Source: a virus
Lineage: Duplodnaviria; Caudoviricetes
Reading direction: 5' to 3' (one strand)
Virus record (IMG/VR): IMGVR_UViG_3300017914_001948
Location: 1-57,076 of that record
DNA: 57,076 nucleotides
The translations under genes and the position numbers were made by a program. The notes beneath the pieces were generated by a model, which had not been told where the DNA came from, searched no databases, and saw nothing but the letters and a program-made list of their open reading frames with translations. Shown in pieces: positions 9,503-19,858 of this stretch; positions within the stretch are counted from its first letter, which is position 1, and every line of letters begins with the position of its first letter.

Positions 9503-10240
9503 ATGGCACTTACACTTAGAAATACAAAAGGTAGTGAACTTACGTTTTCTGAACTGGACGGTAACTTCACTCATTTAGACAATAAAATTGATTCTGACTT
9601 GAATGTGTTGGAAACTAATCTGGATTCTGATATTGCAGCCTTGCAATCAGATAGAGATTCTAACTTTACACATTTCACGGATATTACAGATTCTATCGGA
9701 TCTGCGGCACATATTCAATCGCAACAGATCAAATATAATACTGCAGACTTCCTTGATTCAGAGACTGTAGAACTAGTAGTAGATTCTGCATATGTTCAAT
9801 CAAGAGTAGATTTCGAAACTGTAATCGACTCTGCATATGTTCAACTACGTCAAGCAGATATTTATAGAGACTCTGCGTTCATTACTGGTATTATCGATTC
9901 TGATTATATCACAACACGTCAAAACCTCAGAGACTCTGCGTTTGTCACAGGACTTATCGACAGTGCATACATTGATGCACGTACACCAGATGCGGGTGTA
10001 GACTCTGCAGCTGTTATCGATATTGTTGACAGTGACTATCTCGGAACTAAAGTAAAACAAGTGTTATTGCAACCATTCACAGTTGCAACTGCACCAAGTG
10101 GCACAGAAGGTCAATTGATTTATGTAACAGACGGTGACGATGGTAGTCCATGTCTTGCACTTTATCAAGGTGGTGAGTTCAAAGTTGTATCCACACTAGG
10201 TTCTGCAATTGGTTCTGGTGGAGGCGGCGGAGGCTTCTAA
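9503..10240 (+). CDS. Short fibre-like virion protein with (I/V)DS(A/D)(Y/F) repeats
   Basis: LRNTKGSELTFSELDGNF fibre-type N-terminus, 13 DS motifs, RBS AAGGAG. Confidence 0.7.
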   Translation: MALTLRNTKGSELTFSELDGNFTHLDNKIDSDLNVLETNLDSDIAALQSDRDSNFTHFTDITDSIGSAAHIQSQQIKYNTADFLDSETVELVVDSAYVQSRVDFETVIDSAYVQLRQADIYRDSAFITGIIDSDYITTRQNLRDSAFVTGLIDSAYIDARTPDAGVDSAAVIDIVDSDYLGTKVKQVLLQPFTVATAPSGTEGQLIYVTDGDDGSPCLALYQGGEFKVVSTLGSAIGSGGGGGGF

Positions 10241-10246
10241 TAAACA

Positions 10247-10606
10247 ATGAGTGATGATAATAACAAAATAAATAATGACTATGATTATTCTCGTGAGACT
10301 CTATATGAGTTGATTGAGAAAGGAAAAGACGCTTTAGAAAACATGATTGAGGTTGCTCGTGAAAGCGAGCACCCTCGTGCATATGAGGTATTATCTGGTT
10401 TAATAAAAAACGTTGCAGATGTCAATGATAAACTGCAAGATTTAAATAAAAAACAAAAACAATTAAACGAAGAAGATAAACCAAAATCAATTGAAAATCA
10501 ACAAAACAATTATTACCTTGGTTCTACTGCAGACATCCAAAAGATGTTGAAACAAAATGATGTAATCGATGAACAACCAGAACGAATCATATCTAGGGAA
10601 TCCTAA
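10247..10606 (+). CDS. gp16: Terminase small subunit gp16
   Basis: DYDYSRETLYELIEKG, ESEHPRAYEV, GSTADIQKML; immediately upstream of gp17. Confidence 0.92.
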   Translation: MSDDNNKINNDYDYSRETLYELIEKGKDALENMIEVARESEHPRAYEVLSGLIKNVADVNDKLQDLNKKQKQLNEEDKPKSIENQQNNYYLGSTADIQKMLKQNDVIDEQPERIISRES

Positions 10607-12197
10607 CGTAAAACGAGATGGTGTCTTACAACAGTGGACGCCAGACCTTCTCGCAGAATATAAACGTTGTATGGATGATCCTGTATACTTTGCAGAAAAA
10701 TATGTAAAAGTTATCTCTCTTGACAGAGGGTTAGTTCCGTTTGAACTTTACCCATATCAAAAGAGAATGTTTGATCATTTCAATAGTGAACGATTTAGTA
10801 TTGTTCTTGCCTGTCGTCAATCGGGGAAATCCATTAGTGCGTGTGCATACTTATTATGGTTCGCTCTCTTCAATCCAGAAAAAACAATTGCAGTTCTTGC
10901 GAACAAAGGCGCAACTGCACGAGAGATGTTATCTCGTATCACACTAATGTTGGAGAACATTCCGTTCTTTCTTCAGCCTGGTTCGAAAGCGTTGAACAAA
11001 GGATCGTTAGAGTTTAGTAACAATTCTCGTATCCTTGCAGCGGCGACTTCAGGATCTTCAATTCGTGGTATGTCTGTAAACTTACTCTACTTGGACGAAT
11101 TTGCATTTGTGGAACGTGCCGCAGAATTTTATACATCCACCTACCCAGTTGTATCTGCAGGTAAAGATACAAAGGTTATTATTACGTCAACTGCAAATGG
11201 TATTGGTAATCAGTTTCACAAAATATGGGAAGGTGCAGTTCAAGGCGTAAATGAGTTTACCTCATTTAGAGTAGACTGGTGGGATGTGCCAGGCAGAGAT
11301 GATGAGTGGAAGAAACAAACTATCTCGAATACTTCTCAGTTACAATTCGATCAAGAGTTTGGTAATACATTCTTTGGAACTGGTGACACACTTATTACTG
11401 CAGATTGTCTACTCAACCTACGTGCAATGCCGCCTAAGAAAGTAATGGAAGGTGGTAACTTACTGATCTATGAAGAACCAGTAAAGGGACACGATTACAT
11501 AATGACTGTGGATGTTTCGAAGGGAAGAGGACAGGACTACTCTACTTTTACTTTGATCGATATTAGCACTCGCCCGTTTTCACAGGTTGCTGTATATCTC
11601 AATAACACTATCTCGCCAATACTCTTCCCGAATGTTATTTATAAATATGCAAAACCCTACAACGATGCATACATTGTAGTAGAATCAAATGATCAGGGAA
11701 GTGTTGTATGTAATGGTTTGTATCATGATTTAGAATATGAGAACATGCACGTAGAGTCTTCAGTGAAGGCAAATGCATTAGGTGTAGAGATTACACGTAA
11801 AACAAAAAGACTTGGTTGTAGTGCAATCAAAGATATCTTAGAAACAAATAGACTGAATATTGTAGACGAACAAACTATCTTGGAGATATCAACCTTTGAG
11901 GCAAAAGGACAGTCATACGAAGCGAGTGATGGTAACCATGACGATTTGATGATGAACCTAGTGATGTTTGGGTACTTTGTTTCTACACAATACTTTGCAG
12001 ACATGACAGATATCAATTTGAAACAAATGTTGTTTGAAAAGAAAATGCAAGAGATAGAAAATGATGTTGTTCCGTTTGGGTTTATTGACGATGGTTCAGA
12101 GGCCATTGCTGCAATAGAACATGCAGATGATCCTTGGAAGATACGAGAAGATGAAACTCAACGATTTATCTGGGATGCAGACGATTTATCGCTGTAG
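10569..12197 (+). CDS. gp17: Terminase large subunit gp17
   Basis: YLGNPNVK, Walker A CRQSGKS, LLYLDEFAF, ITSTANG, nuclease motifs DVSKGRGQDYS and HDDLMM. Confidence 0.97.
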   Translation: MNNQNESYLGNPNVKRDGVLQQWTPDLLAEYKRCMDDPVYFAEKYVKVISLDRGLVPFELYPYQKRMFDHFNSERFSIVLACRQSGKSISACAYLLWFALFNPEKTIAVLANKGATAREMLSRITLMLENIPFFLQPGSKALNKGSLEFSNNSRILAAATSGSSIRGMSVNLLYLDEFAFVERAAEFYTSTYPVVSAGKDTKVIITSTANGIGNQFHKIWEGAVQGVNEFTSFRVDWWDVPGRDDEWKKQTISNTSQLQFDQEFGNTFFGTGDTLITADCLLNLRAMPPKKVMEGGNLLIYEEPVKGHDYIMTVDVSKGRGQDYSTFTLIDISTRPFSQVAVYLNNTISPILFPNVIYKYAKPYNDAYIVVESNDQGSVVCNGLYHDLEYENMHVESSVKANALGVEITRKTKRLGCSAIKDILETNRLNIVDEQTILEISTFEAKGQSYEASDGNHDDLMMNLVMFGYFVSTQYFADMTDINLKQMLFEKKMQEIENDVVPFGFIDDGSEAIAAIEHADDPWKIREDETQRFIWDADDLSL

Positions 12198-12208
12198 TTT
12201 CTAAATTA

Positions 12209-12216
12209 TATAAATA
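12209..12216 (+). promoter_or_regulatory. T4-type late promoter TATAAATA
   Basis: Exact consensus upstream of gp18. Confidence 0.8.
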
Positions 12217-12274
12217 ATCGTATGTTGACTATTCGTATCATGGAACATATAATTTTTTAACAAAGGAAGATAAA

Positions 12275-14029
12275 ATGGCACTTTCAACACCGTCTGCTTC
12301 TCCAGCGGTTGTCGTCAAAGAAATAGATCTGACTGGTGGCGTTCCAAACGTTCAGTCAACTACTGGCGCAATTGTTGGGAACTATCGTTGGGGTCCTGCA
12401 GAGCAAAGAGTATTGATCGACAACGAGACTTCTCTTGTCAACACTTTTGCTTCACCAGACTCAGCAAATACCATCGACTTCCACAATGCTTCTTATTTCT
12501 TGCGTTATTCAGGTTCACTTCAAGTTGTTCGTGAAGTTACTTCAGATGCCAAGAATGCCCGTGCAACTATTGGGCAACTTGCAACTGATACTAACTCTTC
12601 ACTACCAACAGAGATTGTGAAGAATGATGACGACTTTGCTGCACAAGAAGCGGCGTTGGATTCCGATTCACATACACTTATCGCACGTTATCCAGGCGAA
12701 CTAGGTAACTCATTGAGAGTTTCTATTTGTCCACCTAATGACAGTGCGTTCACAGATTGGGCATATAAAGATGAGTTTGATGCAAAACCAGGCACATCAG
12801 ATTATGCAACAAAACAAGCAGCATCTAACGATGAAATTCACGTTGTAGTCGTAGATAATGATGGTAAACTAACAGGAACAAAGGGTACAGTTCTAGAACG
12901 TTACCCATTCATGTCAGTTGCCGCAGATGCTAAAAACACCGATGGAACAACAAACTTTGTCAAAGACGTTATCAATGCACGTTCAGAATACGTACACTTC
13001 GTTGGGTTCGATTCTGATTATAGTACTGCACGTGGTAACGGTGTAGTAGACTCAGGTGACGATTTCGCACCAAGTTTAACTGCAGCGACAAACTATGATT
13101 TCGACAAAGGTGTAAACTCAAAAGCACTTGGTACATCTGAGTACATGTCAGGTTACGATTTATTTGAAGATAAAGACATTGTGGAAGTAGACTTCCTCAT
13201 TGCACCTTCAATGAATTCACGTGCAGATCAGACAACAGTCGTCAACGATCTGATTGCAACTGCACAGAACACACGTAAAGACTGTGTGGTAACTGCATCA
13301 CCTGCACGTACAGATGTAGTCAATTTGACTAACACTGCAACAATCACAACTAATGTTACTGCAACTGCAGACACATTTACTAACTCGTCATACTTGGTTG
13401 CCGATGGTAACTTCCTAAAAGTATACGACAAGTATAATGACCAGTATATCCAGATTCCTGCGGCATCGTCCACAGCGGGTATCATGGCCGCAACCGATCT
13501 AAATCGTGCACCATGGTTCTCACCTGCAGGTACAAGACGTGGTGGATATCTAGGTATCACATCAATCTCTTGGTCGCCAACCAAAGCGCAAAGAGACACC
13601 CTATATAAAGCAGGTGTCAACCCAATTGCGAATATCCCAGGCCAAGGTGTACTGTTGTTCGGTGACAAAACAAAACTAAACCGTCCTTCCGCATTTGATC
13701 GTATCAATGTTCGTAGACTATTCCTAGTCTTAGAACGTGCGATTGGTAAGGCAGCGGAACAAGTAATGTTTGAATTCAATGACGAGTTTACTCGTGCAGA
13801 ATTTGTCAACATTGTAGAACCAGTACTTCGTGAAGTAAAAGGTCGTCGTGGTATCACAGACTTTAGAGTCGTGTGTGATGAGACGAACAATACTGGCGCA
13901 GTCGTAGATCGTAACGAGTTTGTAGCAAACATTTTCATCAAACCTGCACGATCAATCAACTACGTCACTCTTAACTTTGTGGCAGTTCGTACAGGTGTTG
14001 ACTTCGAAGAAGTCGTAGGCACAGTGTAA
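12275..14029 (+). CDS. gp18: Tail sheath protein gp18
   Basis: SPAVVVKEIDLT, PWFSPAG, FDRINVRRLF, FEFNDEFTR, IFIKPARSINYVTLNFVA. Confidence 0.97.
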   Translation: MALSTPSASPAVVVKEIDLTGGVPNVQSTTGAIVGNYRWGPAEQRVLIDNETSLVNTFASPDSANTIDFHNASYFLRYSGSLQVVREVTSDAKNARATIGQLATDTNSSLPTEIVKNDDDFAAQEAALDSDSHTLIARYPGELGNSLRVSICPPNDSAFTDWAYKDEFDAKPGTSDYATKQAASNDEIHVVVVDNDGKLTGTKGTVLERYPFMSVAADAKNTDGTTNFVKDVINARSEYVHFVGFDSDYSTARGNGVVDSGDDFAPSLTAATNYDFDKGVNSKALGTSEYMSGYDLFEDKDIVEVDFLIAPSMNSRADQTTVVNDLIATAQNTRKDCVVTASPARTDVVNLTNTATITTNVTATADTFTNSSYLVADGNFLKVYDKYNDQYIQIPAASSTAGIMAATDLNRAPWFSPAGTRRGGYLGITSISWSPTKAQRDTLYKAGVNPIANIPGQGVLLFGDKTKLNRPSAFDRINVRRLFLVLERAIGKAAEQVMFEFNDEFTRAEFVNIVEPVLREVKGRRGITDFRVVCDETNNTGAVVDRNEFVANIFIKPARSINYVTLNFVAVRTGVDFEEVVGTV

Positions 14030-14040
14030 GGAGATAGAAC

Positions 14041-14568
14041 ATGGCAATTTTAGGAGTAGACGATTTTAAAGCAAAACTAAGAGGTGGGGGCGCACGTCCC
14101 AACCTGTTCCAAGTTACCATTAACTATCCAGGCTTTGCCGATGGTAACCCAGAACTGACATCTTTCTTAGTTGAAGCAGCAGAACTGCCTGGATCTACAT
14201 TCGGACAGATCGTAATCCCATTCCGTGGTCGTCAGTTGAAGATGGCAGGTGATCGTACATTCGCAGAGTGGACGACAACTATCATCAACGATACAGACTT
14301 CGCAATCCGTGACGCACTAGAGCGTTGGATGAATGGTATCAATGGTCATAACGAAAATACAGGACTTGCAGTTCCTGTTGCGTATGAGGCAGATCTAAAA
14401 GTTGAACAACTAGATCGTGAAGGGAATGTCTTAAAGACATATAACTTCCGTGGTGCATATCCACAAGATCTTTCACCAATCGCATTGTCATTCGGTGACA
14501 ACGATAACATCGAAAGATTCACATGTACTTGGGTCTATCAGTATTGGGAATCCAATACAACAACTTAA
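14041..14568 (+). CDS. gp19: Tail tube protein gp19
   Basis: GGGARPNLFQV, FRGRQLKMAGDRTFAEWT; follows gp18. Confidence 0.95.
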   Translation: MAILGVDDFKAKLRGGGARPNLFQVTINYPGFADGNPELTSFLVEAAELPGSTFGQIVIPFRGRQLKMAGDRTFAEWTTTIINDTDFAIRDALERWMNGINGHNENTGLAVPVAYEADLKVEQLDREGNVLKTYNFRGAYPQDLSPIALSFGDNDNIERFTCTWVYQYWESNTTT

Positions 14569-14579
14569 CTAAATAAAAG

Positions 14580-14611
14580 ATAGGGCGGTAATACTGCCGC
14601 CCTATTATTTT
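14580..14611 (+). terminator. Intrinsic terminator after gp19
   Basis: ATAGGGCGGTA-ATAC-TGCCGCCCTAT stem followed by a T-rich tail. A late-promoter variant ACTAAATA lies just upstream at 14568-14575. Confidence 0.75.
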
Positions 14612-14625
14612 ATCTGAGGACTACT

Positions 14626-16185
14626 ATGGCAGAAAATGATGGTTTAAAGTTATTTGGTTTCGAAATCAAACGTGCCAAATCTAAAGACGAAGAAAAACGT
14701 CCATCCATTGTTCCACCAAGGGACGATGAAGGTGGAAGTTATGCGACTGCTGCCGGATCTCATTATGGTCAATACCTAAACTTAGACGGTGATGATTCTA
14801 AGGATAACTACCAATTGGTTATGAAATATCGTGGCAATGCGATGCACCCAGAAGTGGATGCAGCGATTGAGGATATTGTAAACGAGTCGATTACTGGTAG
14901 TGAACTAGAACAGACACTCGACTTGAATCTGGACAATGTTGAAGCACCAGATAGAATCAAAAAACTAATTAAAGAAGAATTCGACACCATCTATAGTATG
15001 TTGAACTTCAAAGAAATAGGTCACGACATTTTTCGTCGTTGGTATATTGATGGCCGTTTATATCATCACCTTGTACTAGATGAGAATAAACCGAAAGACG
15101 GAATCAAAGAAATTCGTCCAATTGATGCTGCAAAGATGCGGAAGGTCAAGAAGGTAAAGTACAAGAAAGATCCACAGACAGGTGCAAAGATCGTAGAGAA
15201 GACAGAGGAGTTCTTTATCTACCAAGAGAAACCAGGCAGTTCTACTTCTGGTATCAAGATGACAAACGACTCAGTGTCTTATGTGACATCTGGTCTTCTA
15301 TCAGAAGATCGTAAAAAAGTTGTATCACACTTACACAAGGCCTTGAAACCCATCAACCAATTGCGTATGATGGAAGATGCGTTGGTTATTTACAGACTTG
15401 CACGTGCACCAGAACGTAGAATCTTTTATATTGATGTAGGTAACCTACCTCGTGGTAAGTCTGAACAATATATGAAAGATATCATGGCAAGATATCGTAA
15501 CAAGCTTGTCTATGACGCAAAGACTGGTGAGATCAGAGATGACCGTAAACACCAATCACTACTAGAAGATTTTTGGTTACCACGTAGAGAAGGTGGTAGA
15601 GGTACTGAGATTTCTACACTGCCTGGCGGTGAGAACCTTGGTCAGATTGACGATATCGTATACTTCCAAAAGAGAATGTATCGTTCATTGAATGTACCTA
15701 TCTCTCGTTTGGATACCGAATCTGTATCTGGTATTCTTGGCAGATCTACAGAAATTAATAGAGACGAATTGAAATTCCAGAAGTTTATTGACAGACTTCG
15801 TATGAGATTCTCTCATCTATTCTATGGCATTCTGAAACTACAACTTATCATGAAAGGTATTTGTACCGAAGATGATTGGGATATGTGGAAGAATGATATC
15901 ACAGTTGACTATGTAAAAGACAATCACTTTGCAGAGTTGCGTGATGCAGAGATGTTACAGAACAGACTAGAGAGTCTAGATAGAATCAGCAACTACGTAG
16001 GAGAGTACTTCTCTAAAGAGTGGGTGATGAAAAACGTTCTTATGTTAGATGATGATAACATTGAACAGATGCAAAAACAAATGTCAGGCGAAGAAGAGGA
16101 TGAACCAGAAGAGGAACAACCACCTCAAGGTAACCCTGCAGGACAAAAATTTGAATTAAAACCAGTTCAAGGAGATGAACAGTGA
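14626..16185 (+). CDS. gp20: Portal protein gp20
   Basis: LFGFEI, HPEVDAAIEDIVNE, IYRLARAPERRIFYIDVGNLP, EDFWLPRREGGRGTEISTLPGG. Confidence 0.97.
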   Translation: MAENDGLKLFGFEIKRAKSKDEEKRPSIVPPRDDEGGSYATAAGSHYGQYLNLDGDDSKDNYQLVMKYRGNAMHPEVDAAIEDIVNESITGSELEQTLDLNLDNVEAPDRIKKLIKEEFDTIYSMLNFKEIGHDIFRRWYIDGRLYHHLVLDENKPKDGIKEIRPIDAAKMRKVKKVKYKKDPQTGAKIVEKTEEFFIYQEKPGSSTSGIKMTNDSVSYVTSGLLSEDRKKVVSHLHKALKPINQLRMMEDALVIYRLARAPERRIFYIDVGNLPRGKSEQYMKDIMARYRNKLVYDAKTGEIRDDRKHQSLLEDFWLPRREGGRGTEISTLPGGENLGQIDDIVYFQKRMYRSLNVPISRLDTESVSGILGRSTEINRDELKFQKFIDRLRMRFSHLFYGILKLQLIMKGICTEDDWDMWKNDITVDYVKDNHFAELRDAEMLQNRLESLDRISNYVGEYFSKEWVMKNVLMLDDDNIEQMQKQMSGEEEDEPEEEQPPQGNPAGQKFELKPVQGDEQ

Positions 16186-16469
16186 CAGACGCAGTGAAAG
16201 ACTTGATTCAAAACGCATTGGATCAAGATTATAATAAGGCAAATAAAGTATTCGGTGATATTATGGGACTGAAGGTTCAAGACATTTTGGACCAAGAGAA
16301 GATCCGCATTGCAGATCAAATGTATAATGATGCACCTGAAGAAGAACAATTAGAACTTGATCTGGAAGACGAACCCATCGAAGATGACGTTGACGAATTA
16401 GAAGACGATACCGATGAGGTTACGGATGAAGATGTAACGGAAACACCAGACGAAGAGTCTGAAGAATAG
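16182..16469 (+). CDS. Prohead core protein (gp67-like, acidic)
   Basis: Short ORF with a highly acidic tail between gp20 and gp21; GTG start with GGAG RBS. Confidence 0.7.
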   Translation: MTDAVKDLIQNALDQDYNKANKVFGDIMGLKVQDILDQEKIRIADQMYNDAPEEEQLELDLEDEPIEDDVDELEDDTDEVTDEDVTETPDEESEE

Positions 16470-16475
16470 TATTTG

Positions 16476-16483
16476 TATAAATA
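16476..16483 (+). promoter_or_regulatory. T4-type late promoter TATAAATA
   Basis: Exact consensus, intergenic. Confidence 0.75.
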
Positions 16484-16485
16484 AT

Positions 16486-16698
16486 ATGAAAACATTTAGT
16501 CAAATAAGAGAATCAAAGAAGAAGATGCCGCCAGGCGAACATGTGTGGGATAAGAAGATCAACCGTGTTCCAGTTATGATTCATAAACACAAAGGAATGT
16601 TTGTTGTTTATATTGACGGCGATAGACTAGATGAATACAAGAGCAAAGCAGAAGCGGTGAAAGCGGCGACTGCAATGGTAAAGGTACTAAAGAAATGA
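16486..16698 (+). CDS. Small basic head-core/internal protein (gp68 position)
   Basis: 70 aa; N-terminus MKTFSQIRES resembles the T4 capsid-targeting sequence; ATGA overlap with gp21. Confidence 0.65.
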   Translation: MKTFSQIRESKKKMPPGEHVWDKKINRVPVMIHKHKGMFVVYIDGDRLDEYKSKAEAVKAATAMVKVLKK

Positions 16699-17351
16699 AA
16701 CTGATTGCTGAATATACAGAACAGAATCTTGAAGTTCTCACCGAAGCGGATGAGAAGGGCAAGAAGAAGTATATCATTGAAGGTATCTTTATGCAAGCTG
16801 AACAAAAGAATAGAAACGGCCGTATCTATCCTAAACCAGTAATGGAGAAGGCACTAAACAAGTATGTTGGTGAACAAGTATCTAAGGGTAGAGCCGTGGG
16901 TGAATTGAATCACCCTGAAGGTCCTACGGTCAATCTAGATAAGGTTTCCCACAAAATTGAATCCCTTGATTGGAAGGGTAACGATGTTGTGGGTAAAGCG
17001 ACTATATTGGAAACTCCAATGGGTAAAATCGTACAAGGTTTGCTCGACGGTGGTGTCAATCTAGGCGTATCGACTCGTGGTATGGGAAGTTTGAGCAAAG
17101 GTAATAACGCAATGGTAGTGCAAGACGACTTTATGTTGAATGCAGTAGACATTGTACAAGATCCATCCGCACCAAGCGCATTTGTCAATGGAGTTATGGA
17201 AGGTGTAGAATGGGTATGGAACAACGGTATTATCGAAGCACAAGCAATTGAACAAATGGAGACTGAAATTAAGAAAGCTCCACGTTCCGATCTTTATGAG
17301 ACACAGGTTCGTGAGTTTAAGAATTTCCTCTCGTTACTCAAATCTAAATGA
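16695..17351 (+). CDS. gp21: Prohead protease gp21
   Basis: IEGIFMQAEQKNRNGRIYP, GELNHP, LGVSTRGMGSL, DIVQDPSAPSAFV. Confidence 0.97.
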   Translation: MKLIAEYTEQNLEVLTEADEKGKKKYIIEGIFMQAEQKNRNGRIYPKPVMEKALNKYVGEQVSKGRAVGELNHPEGPTVNLDKVSHKIESLDWKGNDVVGKATILETPMGKIVQGLLDGGVNLGVSTRGMGSLSKGNNAMVVQDDFMLNAVDIVQDPSAPSAFVNGVMEGVEWVWNNGIIEAQAIEQMETEIKKAPRSDLYETQVREFKNFLSLLKSK

Positions 17352-17365
17352 CGAAGGAGTCAAAT

Positions 17366-18430
17366 ATGACTGAACAAGTTCAGGATCAAGAACTCCATGA
17401 CGAAGTAACAGACGAAGTTATGGAAGAAGCTCATGATCCGAAAAACGCAGAAGCGCAGTCTAATGCTTCAGTAGACAAGGCAGGAGATGCAACAGGTAAA
17501 GCACCTACACGTAAGGGTGACCAAACCAAGCAAGATCCAATGCCTCGTACTAAGGCAGCATTGATGGCGGGCATGGTCAAGAAGATGGGTGGCATGAATA
17601 AGGCCCAACTTCAGGCAATGTACAAAGCTGAAGGGTTCGACGAATCTGAAGGCGAAGCGATTGCAGAAGACAAAACAGAAGAATTAAACGTTTCTGTTGA
17701 CTTCTCTGATGATTTGAATGCACTAGTAGCAGAAGAGGCAACTCTATCTGACGCATTCAAAGACAAAGCAGAGACAATCTTTGAAGCGGCAATTAAATCA
17801 AAATTGTCAGAAGAGATTGATCGTCTTGAAGCAAAATACGAAGAAGAATTGGCTGAGGAAGTTGCTCAGACCAAAACTGATCTCGTAGAAAAGGTCGATA
17901 ACTATCTAAACTACGTAGTTGAACAGTGGATGGAAGACAACCAAGTTGCGATCCAAACTGGTCTACGCACTGAGATTGCAGAGAAGTTTATGACATCTCT
18001 GAAAGATCTGTTTACAGAATCTTACATCGAAGTACCAGAGTCAAAAGTTGACCTAGTTGACGAACTTGCTGCAGAGGTTGAAGAACTCGAAGAAGCTCAC
18101 AACCAAGCAATTGCAAAAACAATGGAAATGCAAGAAGAACTGGAAACACTGAAGCGTGATGCAATCATTGCTGAAGCGTCTGCAAATCTTGCAGAGACAC
18201 AAGTTGAGAAACTTAAAAAACTCGCAGAAGATGTAGACTTTGATGACGCAGAAACTTTCGCAGAAAAAGTTGCAACAATCAAAGAATCATACTTCACAAA
18301 GAAAGCATCTGAAGTCGCAGATATTGAAGAAGAAGTACTAGAAGAAGGCGCAGTAGAAACTGTAACTGAATCAACTTCAGACACAATGGCTCAGTACCTT
18401 TCAGCAATCCAACGTACTAATAAATCTTAA
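17366..18430 (+). CDS. gp22: Prohead scaffold gp22
   Basis: Acidic coiled coil with KVDNYLNYVVEQWM and LKDLFTESYIEVPE. Start at 17366 follows AAGGAG. Confidence 0.93.
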   Translation: MTEQVQDQELHDEVTDEVMEEAHDPKNAEAQSNASVDKAGDATGKAPTRKGDQTKQDPMPRTKAALMAGMVKKMGGMNKAQLQAMYKAEGFDESEGEAIAEDKTEELNVSVDFSDDLNALVAEEATLSDAFKDKAETIFEAAIKSKLSEEIDRLEAKYEEELAEEVAQTKTDLVEKVDNYLNYVVEQWMEDNQVAIQTGLRTEIAEKFMTSLKDLFTESYIEVPESKVDLVDELAAEVEELEEAHNQAIAKTMEMQEELETLKRDAIIAEASANLAETQVEKLKKLAEDVDFDDAETFAEKVATIKESYFTKKASEVADIEEEVLEEGAVETVTESTSDTMAQYLSAIQRTNKS

Positions 18431-18445
18431 TTGGGAGTCCTATAA

Positions 18446-19780
18446 ATGACTACAGCATCTTACGATCAATTGATGGAGAAGTGGGCACCTGTACTGAACG
18501 AAGAATCAGCAGGCAAAATCACTGATACCCATCGTAAAGCAGTTACTGCGGCGATCTTGGAAAACCAAGAGCGTGAAATGGCAGAACAAGCTGCTCTTAT
18601 GGAAGCAGCACCAACAAACAACACAAGCAATGCAGCAAACTGGAACCCAGTTCTGATTGCTCTTGTTCGTCGTGCAATGCCAAACTTGATGGCATACGAT
18701 CTATGTGGCGTTCAACCGATGTCAGGTCCAACAGGTCTGATCTTCGCAATGAAGTCAACATACGAAACAACAAAAGCAGGTGTTTCAGCAGGTGACGAAG
18801 CACTGTTCAACGAAGCAGCTGTCGGTTTCTCTGGCGATTCTGCGGCAACAGGTAACGGCGCAACAGGTCCATCAGGTCTATCTGGTTTGACCAACGCAAA
18901 CTCACCACATACCATTGACTCTGACCGTAATGGTCCATATGCAGGTGATCCGTACACAACAGCAGAAGCGGAAGCTCTGGGTTCAACAGGTTCTGAAGAC
19001 TTTGCACAGATGGGTTTCACCATCGAAAAGGCAACTGTGACTGCGAAGTCACGTGCGTTGAAAGCAGAGTACTCACTAGAACTTGCACAAGACTTGAAAG
19101 CGATTCATGGTCTTGACGCAGAGACAGAGTTGGCAAACATCTTGTCAACAGAAATCATGGCTGAAATCAACCGTGAAGTCATCCGTACAATCAACTCACA
19201 AGCGAAAACAGGTGCAACAACATCTAACACATCTGTCAATGGTATCTTCGACGTACAGAACGATGCAGACGGACGTTGGTCAGTTGAGAAGTTCAAAGGT
19301 TTGATCATGCAGATTGAACGTGAAGCAAACCAAATCGCAAAAGACACTCGTCGTGGTAAAGGTAACTTCATGGTCTGTTCATCAGACGTTGCATCAGCAC
19401 TTGCAGCATCAGGTATGATGGATTACGCACCTGCAATGTCAACATCACTACAAGTTGACGACACAGGAAACACATTCGCAGGTGTCCTAAACGGCCGTAT
19501 GCGTGTGTACATCGATCCATATGCGGTAGCAGATTACATCAACGTAGGTTATAAGGGTACTAACCCATATGACGCAGGTGTGTTCTATTGCCCATACGTA
19601 CCACTAACAATGGTTCGTGCAGTTGGTGAAGATACATTCCAACCAAAAATTGGTTTCAAGACACGTTACGGTATGGTATCAAACCCATACGTAGGTTCAA
19701 CACCATCAGATGGTCTTGCAGCAGCGAAGTCAAACCAATACTACCGCATTATGCGTGTAGACAACATTCTAGGTTCATAA
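18446..19780 (+). CDS. gp23: Major capsid protein gp23
   Basis: LVRRAMPNLMAYDLCGVQPMSGPTGLIFAM, KSRALKAEYSLELAQDLKAIHGLDAE, FQPKIGFKTRYG. Confidence 0.98.
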   Translation: MTTASYDQLMEKWAPVLNEESAGKITDTHRKAVTAAILENQEREMAEQAALMEAAPTNNTSNAANWNPVLIALVRRAMPNLMAYDLCGVQPMSGPTGLIFAMKSTYETTKAGVSAGDEALFNEAAVGFSGDSAATGNGATGPSGLSGLTNANSPHTIDSDRNGPYAGDPYTTAEAEALGSTGSEDFAQMGFTIEKATVTAKSRALKAEYSLELAQDLKAIHGLDAETELANILSTEIMAEINREVIRTINSQAKTGATTSNTSVNGIFDVQNDADGRWSVEKFKGLIMQIEREANQIAKDTRRGKGNFMVCSSDVASALAASGMMDYAPAMSTSLQVDDTGNTFAGVLNGRMRVYIDPYAVADYINVGYKGTNPYDAGVFYCPYVPLTMVRAVGEDTFQPKIGFKTRYGMVSNPYVGSTPSDGLAAAKSNQYYRIMRVDNILGS

Positions 19781-19804
19781 GAACTTTTAGAATAAAAAAA
19801 GAAG

Positions 19805-19832
19805 AAGGTGGGGTTCTCCCCACCTTTTTTTT
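19805..19832 (+). terminator. Intrinsic terminator after gp23
   Basis: AAGGTGGGG-TTCT-CCCCACCTT stem running into T8. Confidence 0.9.
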
Positions 19833-19845
19833 AGTTTCATTTTTG

Positions 19846-19853
19846 TATAAATA
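19846..19853 (+). promoter_or_regulatory. T4-type late promoter TATAAATA
   Basis: Exact consensus, 5 nt before the gp3 ATG. Confidence 0.8.
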
Positions 19854-19858
19854 GAGGT

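Noticed and set aside
9503-10240. DS codons (GAY-TCN) create GANTC, the alphaproteobacterial CcrM site, so DS enrichment could be DNA-level
   Set aside because: A fair share of DS motifs use AGT (e.g. GACAGT, GATAGT), and the signal is in-frame and confined to virion proteins. Judged less likely, though not formally excluded without counting GANTC in all frames.
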